Shown here one piece after another: positions 8,961 to 19,504 of a DNA stretch of 19,504 bases. This stretch comes from Ginkgo biloba (taxonomy: Eukaryota > Plantae > Ginkgophyta). The position numbers were made by a program, and so were the translations under genes. Where the stretch lies: the NCBI GenBank assembly GCA_024626585.2, contig JANKJI020000002.1:205623728-205643231 (forward strand). The letters are read 5' to 3'. The notes under the pieces are model-generated. The model saw nothing but the letters and a program-made list of their open reading frames with translations, was not told the origin of the DNA and searched no databases. Numbering within the stretch: the first letter of the stretch is position 1; each line of letters begins with the position of its first letter.

Positions 8961-10950
8961 TTTAGAATAGCATGGATTTGTCAAATCCCTTATGGTGATA
9001 ACGTGTGGGATTGACACTTGGAATTAAAGAAGTGACAAATTCTATATATGATGCTTCTAGAACATGAGGCCACCATTCCCTCCTCATTATGGCATTGATG
9101 CTCATTGGGAAGAAGTTGGAAACGCATTGTGGTGGGAATAAGTGGTACATGCTTATTTTGTTAAAGAGTCCAACTACACACACATTATAGTTGAATACTT
9201 GGAAGATCATTTTTATGCCAATGAAGATGTGGAGTGCCTTTTTGCGACTACAACCTCTTTGGTTCAAGAATTCATTACATAGTGGGAGCAATCATCCAAG
9301 ACATGGACAATTAATGTCAAAGGTTGTAAGCCATGTGGTGATGGCCAATGACAAACATCATCTAGAAGAGTTTGTAAGTTCATTTCAATCCAAAAGACTT
9401 AGAGGAATTGTCTACCCTGATTCGCCACGGTCTTGTCTCAGACTTTGGGGCGGAGTTACCCAATCCTGACCACACAAAGTATTGATGTCATGGGGAGTTG
9501 AATTGTTGCAAGTTTAATTCAATCAAGAAGTCTTAGAGTAATTGTCTGCCCATTGGAGTTTCCTCATTTGCCATGGCCTTGTTTGGAGCTTTGGGGCAAA
9601 GTTGGCCAATCGTCTTGAGTTGTTGGCCCAATTTGTTGACCACATAAAGTATATATGTCTTGATCGCCTAGTAAAGAAGGAAAGCAATAAATATGACGAT
9701 CTGCTTGGATTGTTGCCAAGAAAGAAAGAACATCCAACCTGAGGCTTACATTACAACATGATGCACACAGGAAGGAGGGTGTCGACCTTGGCTTGTTAGA
9801 TGTCGAAGAAATTTTTGGACGGCTAAGTTTGGAGGATGGTTGGTTAAGATTAAAATGTAACCTGGGAAATGTAAACCTTGTTGAGGAGACTTGGGTAGGT
9901 GGATCTAGATTTGAGGCATAAATTTTGTCAAGATCCCTATTTGATAAAGTTTATCTTAGGGGATGATTGTGACTATGGTTTAAGAAGCAATAAAGGATGT
10001 AGAGGATGATTTTTGAGGTTCTCACACTAGTAAAATGCTAAATCATAGTCTCTAACATTCAAACAAAGACTCATAGTCATCATCACCTTTATCTTCTCAT
10101 TAATAGATTCTCACAAAACCCACAANNNNNNNNNNNNNNNNNNNNNNNNNNNNNNNNNNNNNNNNNNNNNNNNNNNNNNNNNNNNNNNNNNNNNNNNNNN
10201 NNNNNNNNNNNNNNNNNNNNNNNNNTGTAGTGTCACTATGTGTACTATTATTGCATGCATTGTCACTGCACATTAACAAAGTGAGTCTGCAATATGATTT
10301 TTTCTTATATATGCACGACTATGGGTTTGTTTGCCCTAGGAGTGGGGTGCCCTTAGTCAAAAGGTTGTTTTGTATCATTTATGGTTGTTTTGGGATATGC
10401 ATGGACATTAGGGTTTGACAAGTTATTGTTTTTCCCTAGTTATCAGGTCTAAGACCCTAGATCCTAGTGCTTATGCTGGCTTATTCTAATAGGGAATCCA
10501 CTCAGGGGATTATTAGAAATAGGATTAGCCATGCTTGTGCATTGGATGTACTATGTTCGGCTTGGGATTATACAAGTCATAGCCCATAGTGAGAATTTTA
10601 TGACTTGGAGTCATAGGGATACCAATAGTGAGGGTAAGGCTAGCACCCTAAGAACCCTAGGGAGATGTGTTGGTGCTATAAGGTGTGCTAGCACTCATAA
10701 TGGGTTGTACTTTTCAGACAAACTTGTATTGGTATATGTTTTTTGTGCACATGTGGATATTTGCTCACAATTATGTTTGTTAATAGGATATTTGTACTTG
10801 CCATTATACGACGGAATTGATGAAGGATGTACTCATTGGTGCAGATGATGTGGCCGTGGAAGGAGTCAAACACCTAGAAGACAATGAGACAACAATAAAT
10901 GACGGCGTGCATCCCTAGAGAGCATATTGCGAATGAAAGATGAAATCAAG

Positions 10951-11015
10951 TCAAGACCACCTTAGGTAGGTCAAAATCACCTTAAGGTAGGTCAAAACCA
11001 CCTTGAAGAGGCAAA
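10951..11015. repeat. 20-21-bp tandem repeat, 3 copies into an N gap
   Basis: TCAAGACCACCTTAGGTAGG / TCAAAATCACCTTAAGGTAGG / TCAAAACCACCTTGAAGAGG. Confidence 0.8.
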
Positions 11016-11366
11016 NNNNNNNNNNNNNNNNNNNNNNNNNNNNNNNNNNNNNNNNNNNNNNNNNNNNNNNNNNNNNNNNNNNNNNNNNNNNNNNNNNNNN
11101 NNNNNNNNNNNNNNNNATGTGGAAGTTTAAATGATGGCGTGGTAGTCCCAAAGATAATGTGGCAGTCCAAATGATGATGTCAGCAATAGAAATTCGTTGG
11201 TCAAAGGCAATCAACTTGCTGGTCAAAGGAAGTCAAACTGCTAGTTAAAGTCATTGGTCAAAATTCTACAAACAAACCACAATAAATACTAAGGACATCG
11301 TATTAAATGCTTAGGTATGGTTGCATTTAATGCTAAAGTACAACTAACATCTTTTAGGGCATTATT

Positions 11367-11592
11367 GATGATGTTAGCCGACTTTAAGGCACATTTATGA
11401 TGCGGTCAAACTTGGTCAATGTTATCAAAGTTAACTTGATGAAGTATAGATCATTAATGATGATGTCAATTGACTTTAAGAAGCATTTATGTGTGGTCAA
11501 ATTTGGTCAACATAGTAGAGTCGACTTAAGGAACAAATGATGACTTCAGTTGACCTAAAGGAGCATTCATGATGTGGTCAAACTTGGTCAAA
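11367..11592. repeat. Degenerate ~80-92-bp repeats (3 copies) inside LTR C
   Basis: GACTTTAAG..CATTTATGATG(C/T)GGTCAAACTTGGTCAA recurs near 11380, 11472 and 11552. Confidence 0.75.
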
Positions 11593-12589
11593 GCCGACCT
11601 AGGGTTACTTCAACCACATTAATTTCTTAGAAATCCATACTTAAAGGACAATTAAAGGATAGTGCCATAAGTGCACCTTAATGAAGTTGCAATCAATGCT
11701 AACATAGAGCACATTTAATGAGGAGAGAGAATGTAAGGGTTGTGACCCATTTTAGGGAAAAGTCATGTCATTATCATTAATGAAGAGAGAGGGAAAAGCT
11801 ATAAATAGGAGAAAAAAAACTCCTAGTGGGAGAGCCAAATGTAATAAATACTATTCACTATGAGAATCGAATATAGGTGTTAGGGTTTAGTGTGAAAGGC
11901 TATGCCCTAGCATTTAATAAATGATGTTTGTATATTTTGAGTTTTCATGGTGCATGCCCTAATTTATAAATGATATTGCTATTTTGACGTTCTTCTACGT
12001 TTAATGCATGATGAATTCTAGGCACTAGACTACAACACTTGTTGCCACTATGGGTTTTGACCCTGGGACCCACACTTTGACAATAGGAATCAGACTTAGG
12101 CTACCATATTCAAAACAACAATCCTTTTGTACTCTTTACACTTTTTAAATAACTTTAGAAAGGAGAAGAAGATCAGGAGATAGGAGAAGAGAAGGGAAGA
12201 ATTGGGAAGTACAGAGGCACAAGTTCATAGTGATTCGTAGAGGGAATTATGCTCCAAATGCCCACAGAGAGGGCTACTTCAATTACTCATAAAGAGGGTG
12301 GCTCCAAAGAACTCAGTCTTTCTTGAAAATTCCAATTTATCAAAAATTCTCTTGAGAAATAGAAGGCAGAATTTATAAAAAAACAGACCAGCTGTTAAGA
12401 GTAACTCTGATTGGAAATGATTTTCCTTTGACAGCCAACAGGCAAGATCCAAAAATCTTGGATCTGGTCATCCACCCACCTCACTTACGTAATTTAACTA
12501 GAATTCAAAATTCAGTTCCACGAACAGTTACTCCTGATTACTATTTGAATTTAGCAACTTGAATGCTGGCTTAGGGCACCTAACAATCC

Positions 12590-12760
12590 AGTTGGCAGTG
12601 GCTCTGATTTTTCAGTTGTCGGTCACTTTAGTTGGCTCCAATTTCCCCAGCTATCGGTCGCTTCACCCTCCCATTTATGGGTTGTTTGTACTCCCCAGAT
12701 ATTGGTCGTTCCAAATTTCTAGCTATTGGGTGCTCCACCTTTCCAGTTATTGGTCGTTAG
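12590..12760. repeat. Degenerate ~24-bp repeats in the retroelement 5' leader
   Basis: Recurring (TT/CC)CCAG(C/T/A)TAT(C/T)GGTCG motif, 4-5 copies. Confidence 0.5.
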
Positions 12761-13320
12761 CCTGTTTGAGTGAAACTACTGAACACAGCAAAAATAACAG
12801 TTCGGACTTCTAAGCCAATAGAAAAAAAGGTGGCCTCCAATGGCCTTATTCTCTCCTCTTTCCCCAATGATTTTATGAGGGTTCTAACAAGTCCTCTTCT
12901 CTTCAAAATGATTTGCCCTCAAAGCATGAGCGGTAAAGGAGGGGTATCTCGTGAAGATATTATCAATCTCCCATGAGGCATTTCCAAGGGCAAGCCTTTC
13001 CATTTGATCAGAAATTTAGTCACCACTTTATTCCTGAGCTTTTTTTTCCTTAATATCTAGGATTGCCTTTGGTTCTAGAATTAGTTGCCCTTCTTCATCA
13101 AGGAGGGGCAGTTCTGTTTGCACTGTGATGTGCTGACCCATCTGTTTCTTTAAGTAGAAAANNNNNNNNNNNNNNNNNNNNNNNNNNNNNNNNNNNNNNN
13201 NNNNNNNNNNNNNNNNNNNNNNNNNNNNNNNNNNNNNNNNNNNNNNNNNNNNNNNNNNNNNACCTTTGGTTTTGTCACTTTAATCAAGGTAACTTTACTT
13301 TTCTGGGCTGTAACAAGAGG

Positions 13321-14040
13321 TTCCCAACTTTTAGTGGGGAGGAGAATGAAGACCCCACTAGACATTGCAAAATTTTTAAGACAATATGGGCGGTTAATGG
13401 TGTTGAGGATGAGACAGAGTAGCTAAAGATTTTCCCAACCATATTGCAAGGAGAGGTGAATGATTGGTATAAAGAGTTTTCAAAAGGATATTTCACATCT
13501 TAGGTAGACGTGTGAGATGCTCTGTCAGGAAGTATCAGTTATTGCAAGACGATGGCGAAGTTATAGATCAAATCTATAACATATGGCAAGACCAAGGGAA
13601 GATATTGAGAATATAACAAGAAGTTGAAGGGTTTGATGAAAAGGATGCCTAGCATCATGAATAGACTGAAGAAGTAGTGGTTCATAGAAGGATTGTTGCC
13701 CAAGTATCAGAAAAAATTGAAGGTGGTGCCTCTTGCTATATGAGGAAGCATTAAATCAAGCCTTGAGTTTGGAGATAGAAGATTGGATAGGGAGCTAAGT
13801 CAGGTCAAGTCCAATGATGATGAGGATGAAGACACCTCTACAGTTGAGGCATTACAAGAGTACATAGCAAGACTTATGCTGGACATTTTGAAAAAGCCCA
13901 AAGAAAGGAAGGAGTTATAGTGTATGAAATGTCGACCGAAGGGGCATTAGGAGCATGAATGTCTTGAGCATTGAAACAAGTATTGTGACATTATAAGGTA
14001 AATTCACATGGTATAGACGAATGTGCGTATAATGCAAAGA
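13321..14040 (+). mobile_element. Pseudogenised Ty3/gypsy gag with two zinc knuckles
   Basis: FPTFSGEENEDPTRHCKIFKTIWAVNGVEDETE*LKIFPTILQGEVNDWY is a retrotransposon gag signature, followed by KK*WFIEGLLP. CMKCRPKGH*EHEC at 13921-13962 fits CX2CX4HX4C, and a second, frameshifted knuckle follows (CDI/KVNSHGIDEC). Confidence 0.85.
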
Positions 14041-14903
14041 ATCAAAGATAGACCAAGATGTGCGTGTATATAGAGTAGAGGATGAGACAACAACACCAAG
14101 ATGGTAGGAAATTGGAAATTGGTGAGGAGTCCTCTACTGTAGTGGATATCAAACTTTTTGGTCCAATCAAAGATGCAGGCCATCTATGCAATTTGATGAG
14201 ATGGGTTGTCGCATATTTCAATGCTATAGATGTTTTAAGTGGAGACATTTCATTAAATGAATGTACATAACCACCAAGGAGACTTTTGAAGCATTCTAAA
14301 TGAGGCCTAAGAGATCATTCTGATTAGACTTTCCCCAAGCAAAAAGGTATTAATCTAATTTGGGAGGACTNNNNNNNNNNNNNNNNNNNNNNNNNNNNNN
14401 NNNNNNNNNNNNNNNNNNNNNNNNNNNNNNNNNNNNNNNNNNNNNNNNNNNNNNNNNNNNNNNNNNNNNNNNNNNNNNNNNNNNNNNNNNNNNNNNNNNN
14501 NNNNNNNNNNNNNNNNNNNNNNNNNNNNNNNNNNNNNNNNNNNNNNNNNNNNNNNNNNNNNNNNNNNNNNNNNNNNNNNNNNNNNNNNNNNNNNNTCCTT
14601 AACTTGCCAAATAGCTCCTACAATTGGAAACTCTAGTCAAATTTGGTACCTTGATTGCCCACATCCTAAACATGGCACATGCATTAGTACAACAAGCCCG
14701 AGTGGAATTGGAGATAATCAATGAAGCATTGTCCACTGCAAATGCATCATTTATTGAAGAATGCATGGTAACTATAAAGCACACTGAGGATGACCTCTGC
14801 TTGGATAGAAAATTAGTCGTAATCAAGTTACAACCATCACCATTNNNNNNNNNNNNNNNNNNNNNNNNNNNNNNNNNNNNNNNNNNNNNNNNNNNNNNNN
14901 NNN

Positions 14904-15185
14904 AAAGGACTTATTGGGTAAACCTACCCCATGGCCACCATGATTTTGACATTGAACGGTGGTCAAAGTCAGGTAGTTTCAAAAGGGCTACTACTCATCC
15001 ATGTGGTATAGATAGTAGAACAAACCTTCTAAATAGACTTTGTTGTTATATTGATGACCCCTTGGGGTGGTGGACTATGCTAAATTGCTTGGGTGGCGTT
15101 GTTTGACAAATGCTCGTGTCATATTGGGGAAAAGTACTCTTTCCATTGAGAAGAATGGGAAACTATTTTCATTGATTTGATCTAG
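14904..15185 (+). mobile_element. Degenerate retroviral-like aspartic protease (C-terminal part)
   Basis: Across frameshifts: LLGKPTPWPP / QVVSKGLLLIHVV*IVEQTF*IDFVVILM / DYAKLLGWRCLTNARVILGKSTLSIEKNGK. This fits the gypsy protease DFVV...LLGRxWL pattern. The catalytic D(S/T)G would fall in the gap 14845-14903. Confidence 0.7.
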
Positions 15186-15559
15186 AATATAATCAATGAA
15201 GCGCTTGCCTTATTTGGTTCGGATTTTGATGATGGTGGAAACATAGATGAAATGATTTTTTCTGACGAAGACGAAGGTGAAGTAGAGACATTGGGAATAT
15301 GTTAGAAACCATCCAGTGTTGGACTATTGATGTTGGACATATGTTTAGAGGATGAGAGTTGTTTCGGATAATGGACTTTTGTAGTAATAGATAGAAGAAT
15401 ATTAGGTTTCTTCACAAATTTGTGTTTAAGTTCAACCTAAATACTTGGAAGTCCCAAAAACAAAGTCTAAGCAAGCACAAGATGGTGTTGCTAAACATCG
15501 CATAGAAGTGGATGAACCAAATGTAGTATAGGAGTAGATGCATCGAATATAGCCTGAGC

Positions 15560-15815
15560 AAACAAGACCAATTCAGAAATGGATAACTTAGGCAGAGCTT
15601 GAACAAATTGAGCTAAAGAAATCAAAATTAGAATAAAAAATGCTAGAATATAAGTAGATGAAGCTACCTTCAAGACAAACAATGGAATTGGCTCCAGTGT
15701 AGATGGGGTAGTTAAAATCAAAGTAAATGTCATAAATAATATTAGTCAAAATTAAAGAGTTAGCATCCTGTGAAATCTTTAAAGACAAGTATAAAAGTCA
15801 AGATTTTTGAAAGAA
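15560..15815 (+). mobile_element. Possible integrase C-terminal (GPY/F-region) remnant
   Basis: ELEQIELKKSK...LAPV*MG*LK...VKIKELASCEI...VKIFE loosely follows the LxPxWxGPY..VxLxxL..RVKxF pattern. Very degraded. Confidence 0.35.
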
Positions 15816-16827
15816 AAATAATTATGGAGGAGTTACCATTAGCATTGAACATATAGAGGTCAACGTTGATGGTTTACAAATGGAAGTTGTTGTCATTGAA
15901 GCAATAATGACTCCCCCACCAATGTAGCATAGACGGAGATTGTTGCCTACAAAGCACAGATAGACATGATGATAACTAGGCAGATAGGACGAATGATAAT
16001 TGGATGGAAAACACATTGGTCAAACAAACAAGGTAGGTGTGTGGTCATTGGACAAACATGGGAGATAGTTGTGTGAATGGTTGTCGTTCGATTCTTGATT
16101 TTGAGTAAATTTACCTAAATTTTTTCATGAGATAAAGAAGGATTAGGGGAAAATAAAGAGGAGGACATATCCAATGAGTTTTCAAGTTGATTTTTCTCCC
16201 TTAGAACAAAATTTATTGAGAATACATTAAAGTTCTCAATTAAACCCTAAAATTATTGTTCATACTACTNNNNNNNNNNNNNNNNNNNNNNNNNNNNNNN
16301 NNNNNNNNNNNNNNNNNNNNNNNNNNNNNNNNNNNNNNNNNNNNNNNNNNNNNNNNNNNNNNNNNNNNNATCAAAGTGGTGTCATATAAGCATCTATCTA
16401 GAATGCTTTTAATGTCAGGATGACGATTGCTAGGACTAGCTTTGAGTTTAAATTCTAAGCATCAAGAAGAGTTCCTTGAATGTTGGACCGCGATAGGTAG
16501 ATGAAGGCTAGTAGAGTTGTATTGGCAATTTGTTACTCGGATAGGGATTGTTAGACATTGGTGCCCCTACGGCCTGGTGATGCATGTTGGATGATGGTGT
16601 CGAGGATGGACGGGCATAGGAAAGAGGCATGTGATGGTGGGGCCCAGATAGTGCCCCACCATAAACAATTTTCAAACACTGACAGGCTCTAAAGGACCAA
16701 TGCTAGCTCCAATTTTGGAACCAATTTTAGTAGTTGTTGATGCATCAACTACCACTAACACAACATTTATTGTTCCCCTAGCACAAATTTCTCCTAGTTT
16801 CAAGTGGTACACTTTCTTCTTTTCCAT

Positions 16828-17235
16828 GGGGGGTAAGATGTTAGTTGTGATTTTGATGCAATAATGTGTATGGCTTGTCCTATTGTCTTAGTTAGGAGTT
16901 GCTCAAACTTAAGACTTGCCTTACTTAGGATTTGCACACATTTAGGACTTGTCCTACTTAGTTGACAATTAGGAGTTGCCAATGGATAACTACATGTGAT
17001 GGTAATGAGGTGGGACCTTCTTCCTATATGAGGAACCCTCTTTCCTTTCGATGGATCCCCATTGTGGGTGTGCTTAGGCCTTATGCTACGGTGCTCATTG
17101 ATGTATTTAATGTCATTATGCAATACATGATTATTGTTTTGGTGCATTGTTCTCATTGATCATGTCTCTGCTTTGGTCCTTGTCTAAATACTAGATCTTA
17201 TCTTGTATCTCAAAGTTATAATTATTCAACTAACA
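16828..17235 (+). mobile_element. Polypurine tract plus LTR copy B (16839-17235, 397 bp), 3'-type
   Basis: GGGGGGTAAGA directly precedes a perfect 9-bp terminal inverted repeat TGTTAGTTG...CAACTAACA. Internal CCTATATGAGG TATA region. Homologous to 8522-8943. Confidence 0.85.
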
Positions 17236-17240
17236 TCTAC

Positions 17241-17844
17241 CCACTAGATCTAATGGATGTTGGAATGGGTTCACAATATACATAGGTTTTCATGACAAAA
17301 TTCACACGATCAAGTCCTAATGCANNNNNNNNNNNNNNNNNNNNNNNNNNNNNNNNNNNNNNAGCACTATTAGTACTGCAATCAGCTCAGTACAAAAGGC
17401 CATTTCCACTATTGCTCAACAAAAATCTTAAAGCAATCACAGGGCTTCAAGCTCTATGCACAAAAATCTCAAAGCAATTGTGGGCCTTCAAGACATCCTT
17501 TGACAAGTTGATAGTATGACAAGCATAAGCAAATGTATTAGGAATTAATGATTAAACCCTCCATAATGTCAAAGCCAAATGAGTTTAAAGGCACGTTTTG
17601 CAAGTACCCTTGAGTGCCTATTTATGGGTGCGGCTTAGCTATACCTATATGTCTCATGAAGTAGGACTCGTGTCATGAGACTAGCTAGGGTTATCTCTAT
17701 GTTAATTGAGGTTATTTCAATACTTAGGGCTAACCAAAAGATGTAACAACTATAATTGATGCTACATGAACAAAGTGTTCAATCTGTAATATTGTAATAA
17801 AATAATGCTAAAGGGAAGGTTCGTTCCATTCCCTGCCTTCCTCT
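17241..17844 (-). mobile_element. PPT (17829-17844) and proximal part of the chromovirus 3' LTR
   Basis: On the minus strand, AGAGGAAGGCAGGGAA follows the pol end and is followed by TG at 17828. TATA-like CATAAATAGG near 17620. Confidence 0.65.
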
Positions 17845-17849
17845 AAATG

Positions 17850-18480
17850 CTTTTCCCTCAAAGCACGTCCCTCAAGTGGTGAAGGTAGGGAACTTCTCAA
17901 AGGTTTCTTTAGTTTTCCACGATGCAACTTCTTCTGGCAATTGTTTACAACTTGATGTGATATTCTTGTACAACCTTATTCCTTAATTTCTTTTCCTTTA
18001 AGTTGAAAATGGCTTTTTATTCCAAATTTAGTTTGTCGTCGCCTTTTAGCATTCATCATTTTGTTTCCCCAATATCTTCTTTAAGGAAGAGACATGGAAC
18101 ANNNNNNNNNNNNNNNNNNNNATATTTGATGCAATGACAAATCTAGGGCATAAGCCAGTTCTTTAAGATGCTTCATGATCTTGTAAGGTCCAAAGAAGTG
18201 AGGTTGTGACTTCTCCTTATTTTTGCTCCTTAGAGAGGATTGCTTGTGGGTATGCAACCTAACATATATTCAATCCCCTTCTTGAAACATTCTTTCAATG
18301 TGATATTGGTCCATTTGCTGCTTCATTCTACTTTGAAGGGTCTGAAGGTTTTCTTGAAGAATCTTGAGTGTGTCTCGTGTTTCCTGTGAGTAGTCTTTCA
18401 TTTTAAAGAACTTTGAATTCTACTTGTAGATAGATTTTGAATTGGGGCGGGTTGCACCCATATGTTACATACCTCATAAT
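17850..18480 (-). mobile_element. Pseudogenised chromovirus (Ty3/gypsy) integrase C-terminus with GPY/F module and chromodomain
   Basis: Minus strand reads GD*IYVRLHTHKQSSLRSKNKEKSQPHFFGPYKIMKHLKELAYALDL, then LRNKVVQEYHIKL/KQLPEEVASWKTKETFEKFP (chromodomain pattern EYLIKW..LP.EEATW). Confidence 0.88.
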
Positions 18481-19504
18481 AAGTACAATGTTAATTTAAC
18501 TGCCATAGTTTAAGAGGTAATGTTATGTAAATTCCACTGTTTGAATTTTGAAATTCAGTAAAGTTCTAGGCTGTTGAGGGATTCTCTCAGCAAGGTGGGG
18601 TCACCCCATCTTGAGGATTTAGAAATTAGAAGGCGAAGTGGTTTTTGGCCATCTTTGGACACTAGAAAAGATCCAGTGTTTTTTTCCAATTTGGAAAAGC
18701 TACAGTACAGACAACAGTCTTTTTCCAAAGATGGCATCTAGAAACAAAACTTACAGTGCAGGGCATGGAACTCAGGATTACGGGAGCCTACAATCAAAGT
18801 GGGGGCATTTTTATGGAAGTTCCAAACGTGTTTTGTCATTTTTCCTGGGAACAATCCACCCAAGGATTACAGAGACTCTTCCCCTCTAGGGACTACTCCA
18901 TTTTCTCTCTCACTTATCCTTTTTGTTACAGAATTGTGGACCTATTGCTACATCCATCAATCCTTCTCACTTGGCTAGACATCCACACCATTGTTAATCT
19001 GCTCCAGCTCTTTCTCCTTTTATCGCTGTGCTACATAATCTTGGATTGGCTGTTACAACCATCATTCCATCTCCTTTTTGGCCAGGCATCTATACCTCTA
19101 TTGATTGCTCCATCTATTTTTTAGATAGTTCAACAACAGGTGGAAATACTCAATCAGATCCATTAGTGATGGGTTCCAGTCTTAGCATCCTAGATTATTA
19201 TCATTTACTGGAGTCAAAGATAGTGGATTTCTCCATCAGCTCTATCAGTGACAGCCCCAGTCTTGGTGTTCGTGATATTGGGCATTTTATGGAGTTAGAG
19301 ATTTGACATATACTATTACTGTGCAGCATTGGGTCCTTGAGGTGTTGTTCAAGCATCATCAAAGGAAGTATTGCAATGCCTCATTGTAACGGTGTTAATA
19401 AGCAAGACTTCATCCTCAGCTCGATGAAGGGAGCGATAAACACTCCCAGCTCAATGAAGGTGTTGTTCCATGTTCCTAGCCCAGATTCCAGAATAGTTTT
19501 GCCT

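Larger units (their letters stand above)
10846..12037 (+). mobile_element. LTR C (~1.2 kb), 5'-type, followed by a PBS-like sequence
   Basis: Termini TGATGTGG...CTACAACA (6/8 inverted match). CTATAAATA at 11799, repeat-rich U3, PBS-like TGTTGCCACTATGGG at 12040-12054, gag remnant downstream. Confidence 0.55.

Noticed and set aside
9595-9625. GAKLANRLE as a possible FHY exon 3 (PGANRLI)
   Set aside because: Chance resemblance only; no flanking HAD similarity or splice sites, and it lies inside a retroelement.

Overview
Eukaryotic, AT-rich, CpG-depleted plant DNA with many N gaps; a large-genome seed plant, probably a gymnosperm (inference). It holds the 5' end of one host gene on the + strand: two exons (3144-3246, 3476-3662) of a HAD-family FMN phosphatase / bifunctional riboflavin kinase-FMN phosphatase (FHY/RFK-like). 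The promoter has two perfect palindromic P1BS phosphate-starvation elements (GAATATTC). Exon 2 appears to end at a non-canonical GC donor, and a candidate stop-containing cassette exon lies about 440 nt downstream. I found no exon 3 in the remaining ~15.8 kb, so this is probably a giant TE-filled intron. The rest is old, stop-riddled, nested Ty3/gypsy debris. It includes a minus-strand chromovirus whose 3' LTR seems split by a ~9.9 kb nested block, three copies of a ~400 bp LTR family, a 1.2 kb LTR with gag and protease remnants, and several tandem repeats. No prokaryotic systems, CRISPR arrays or RNA genes were seen. All alignments were done by eye.
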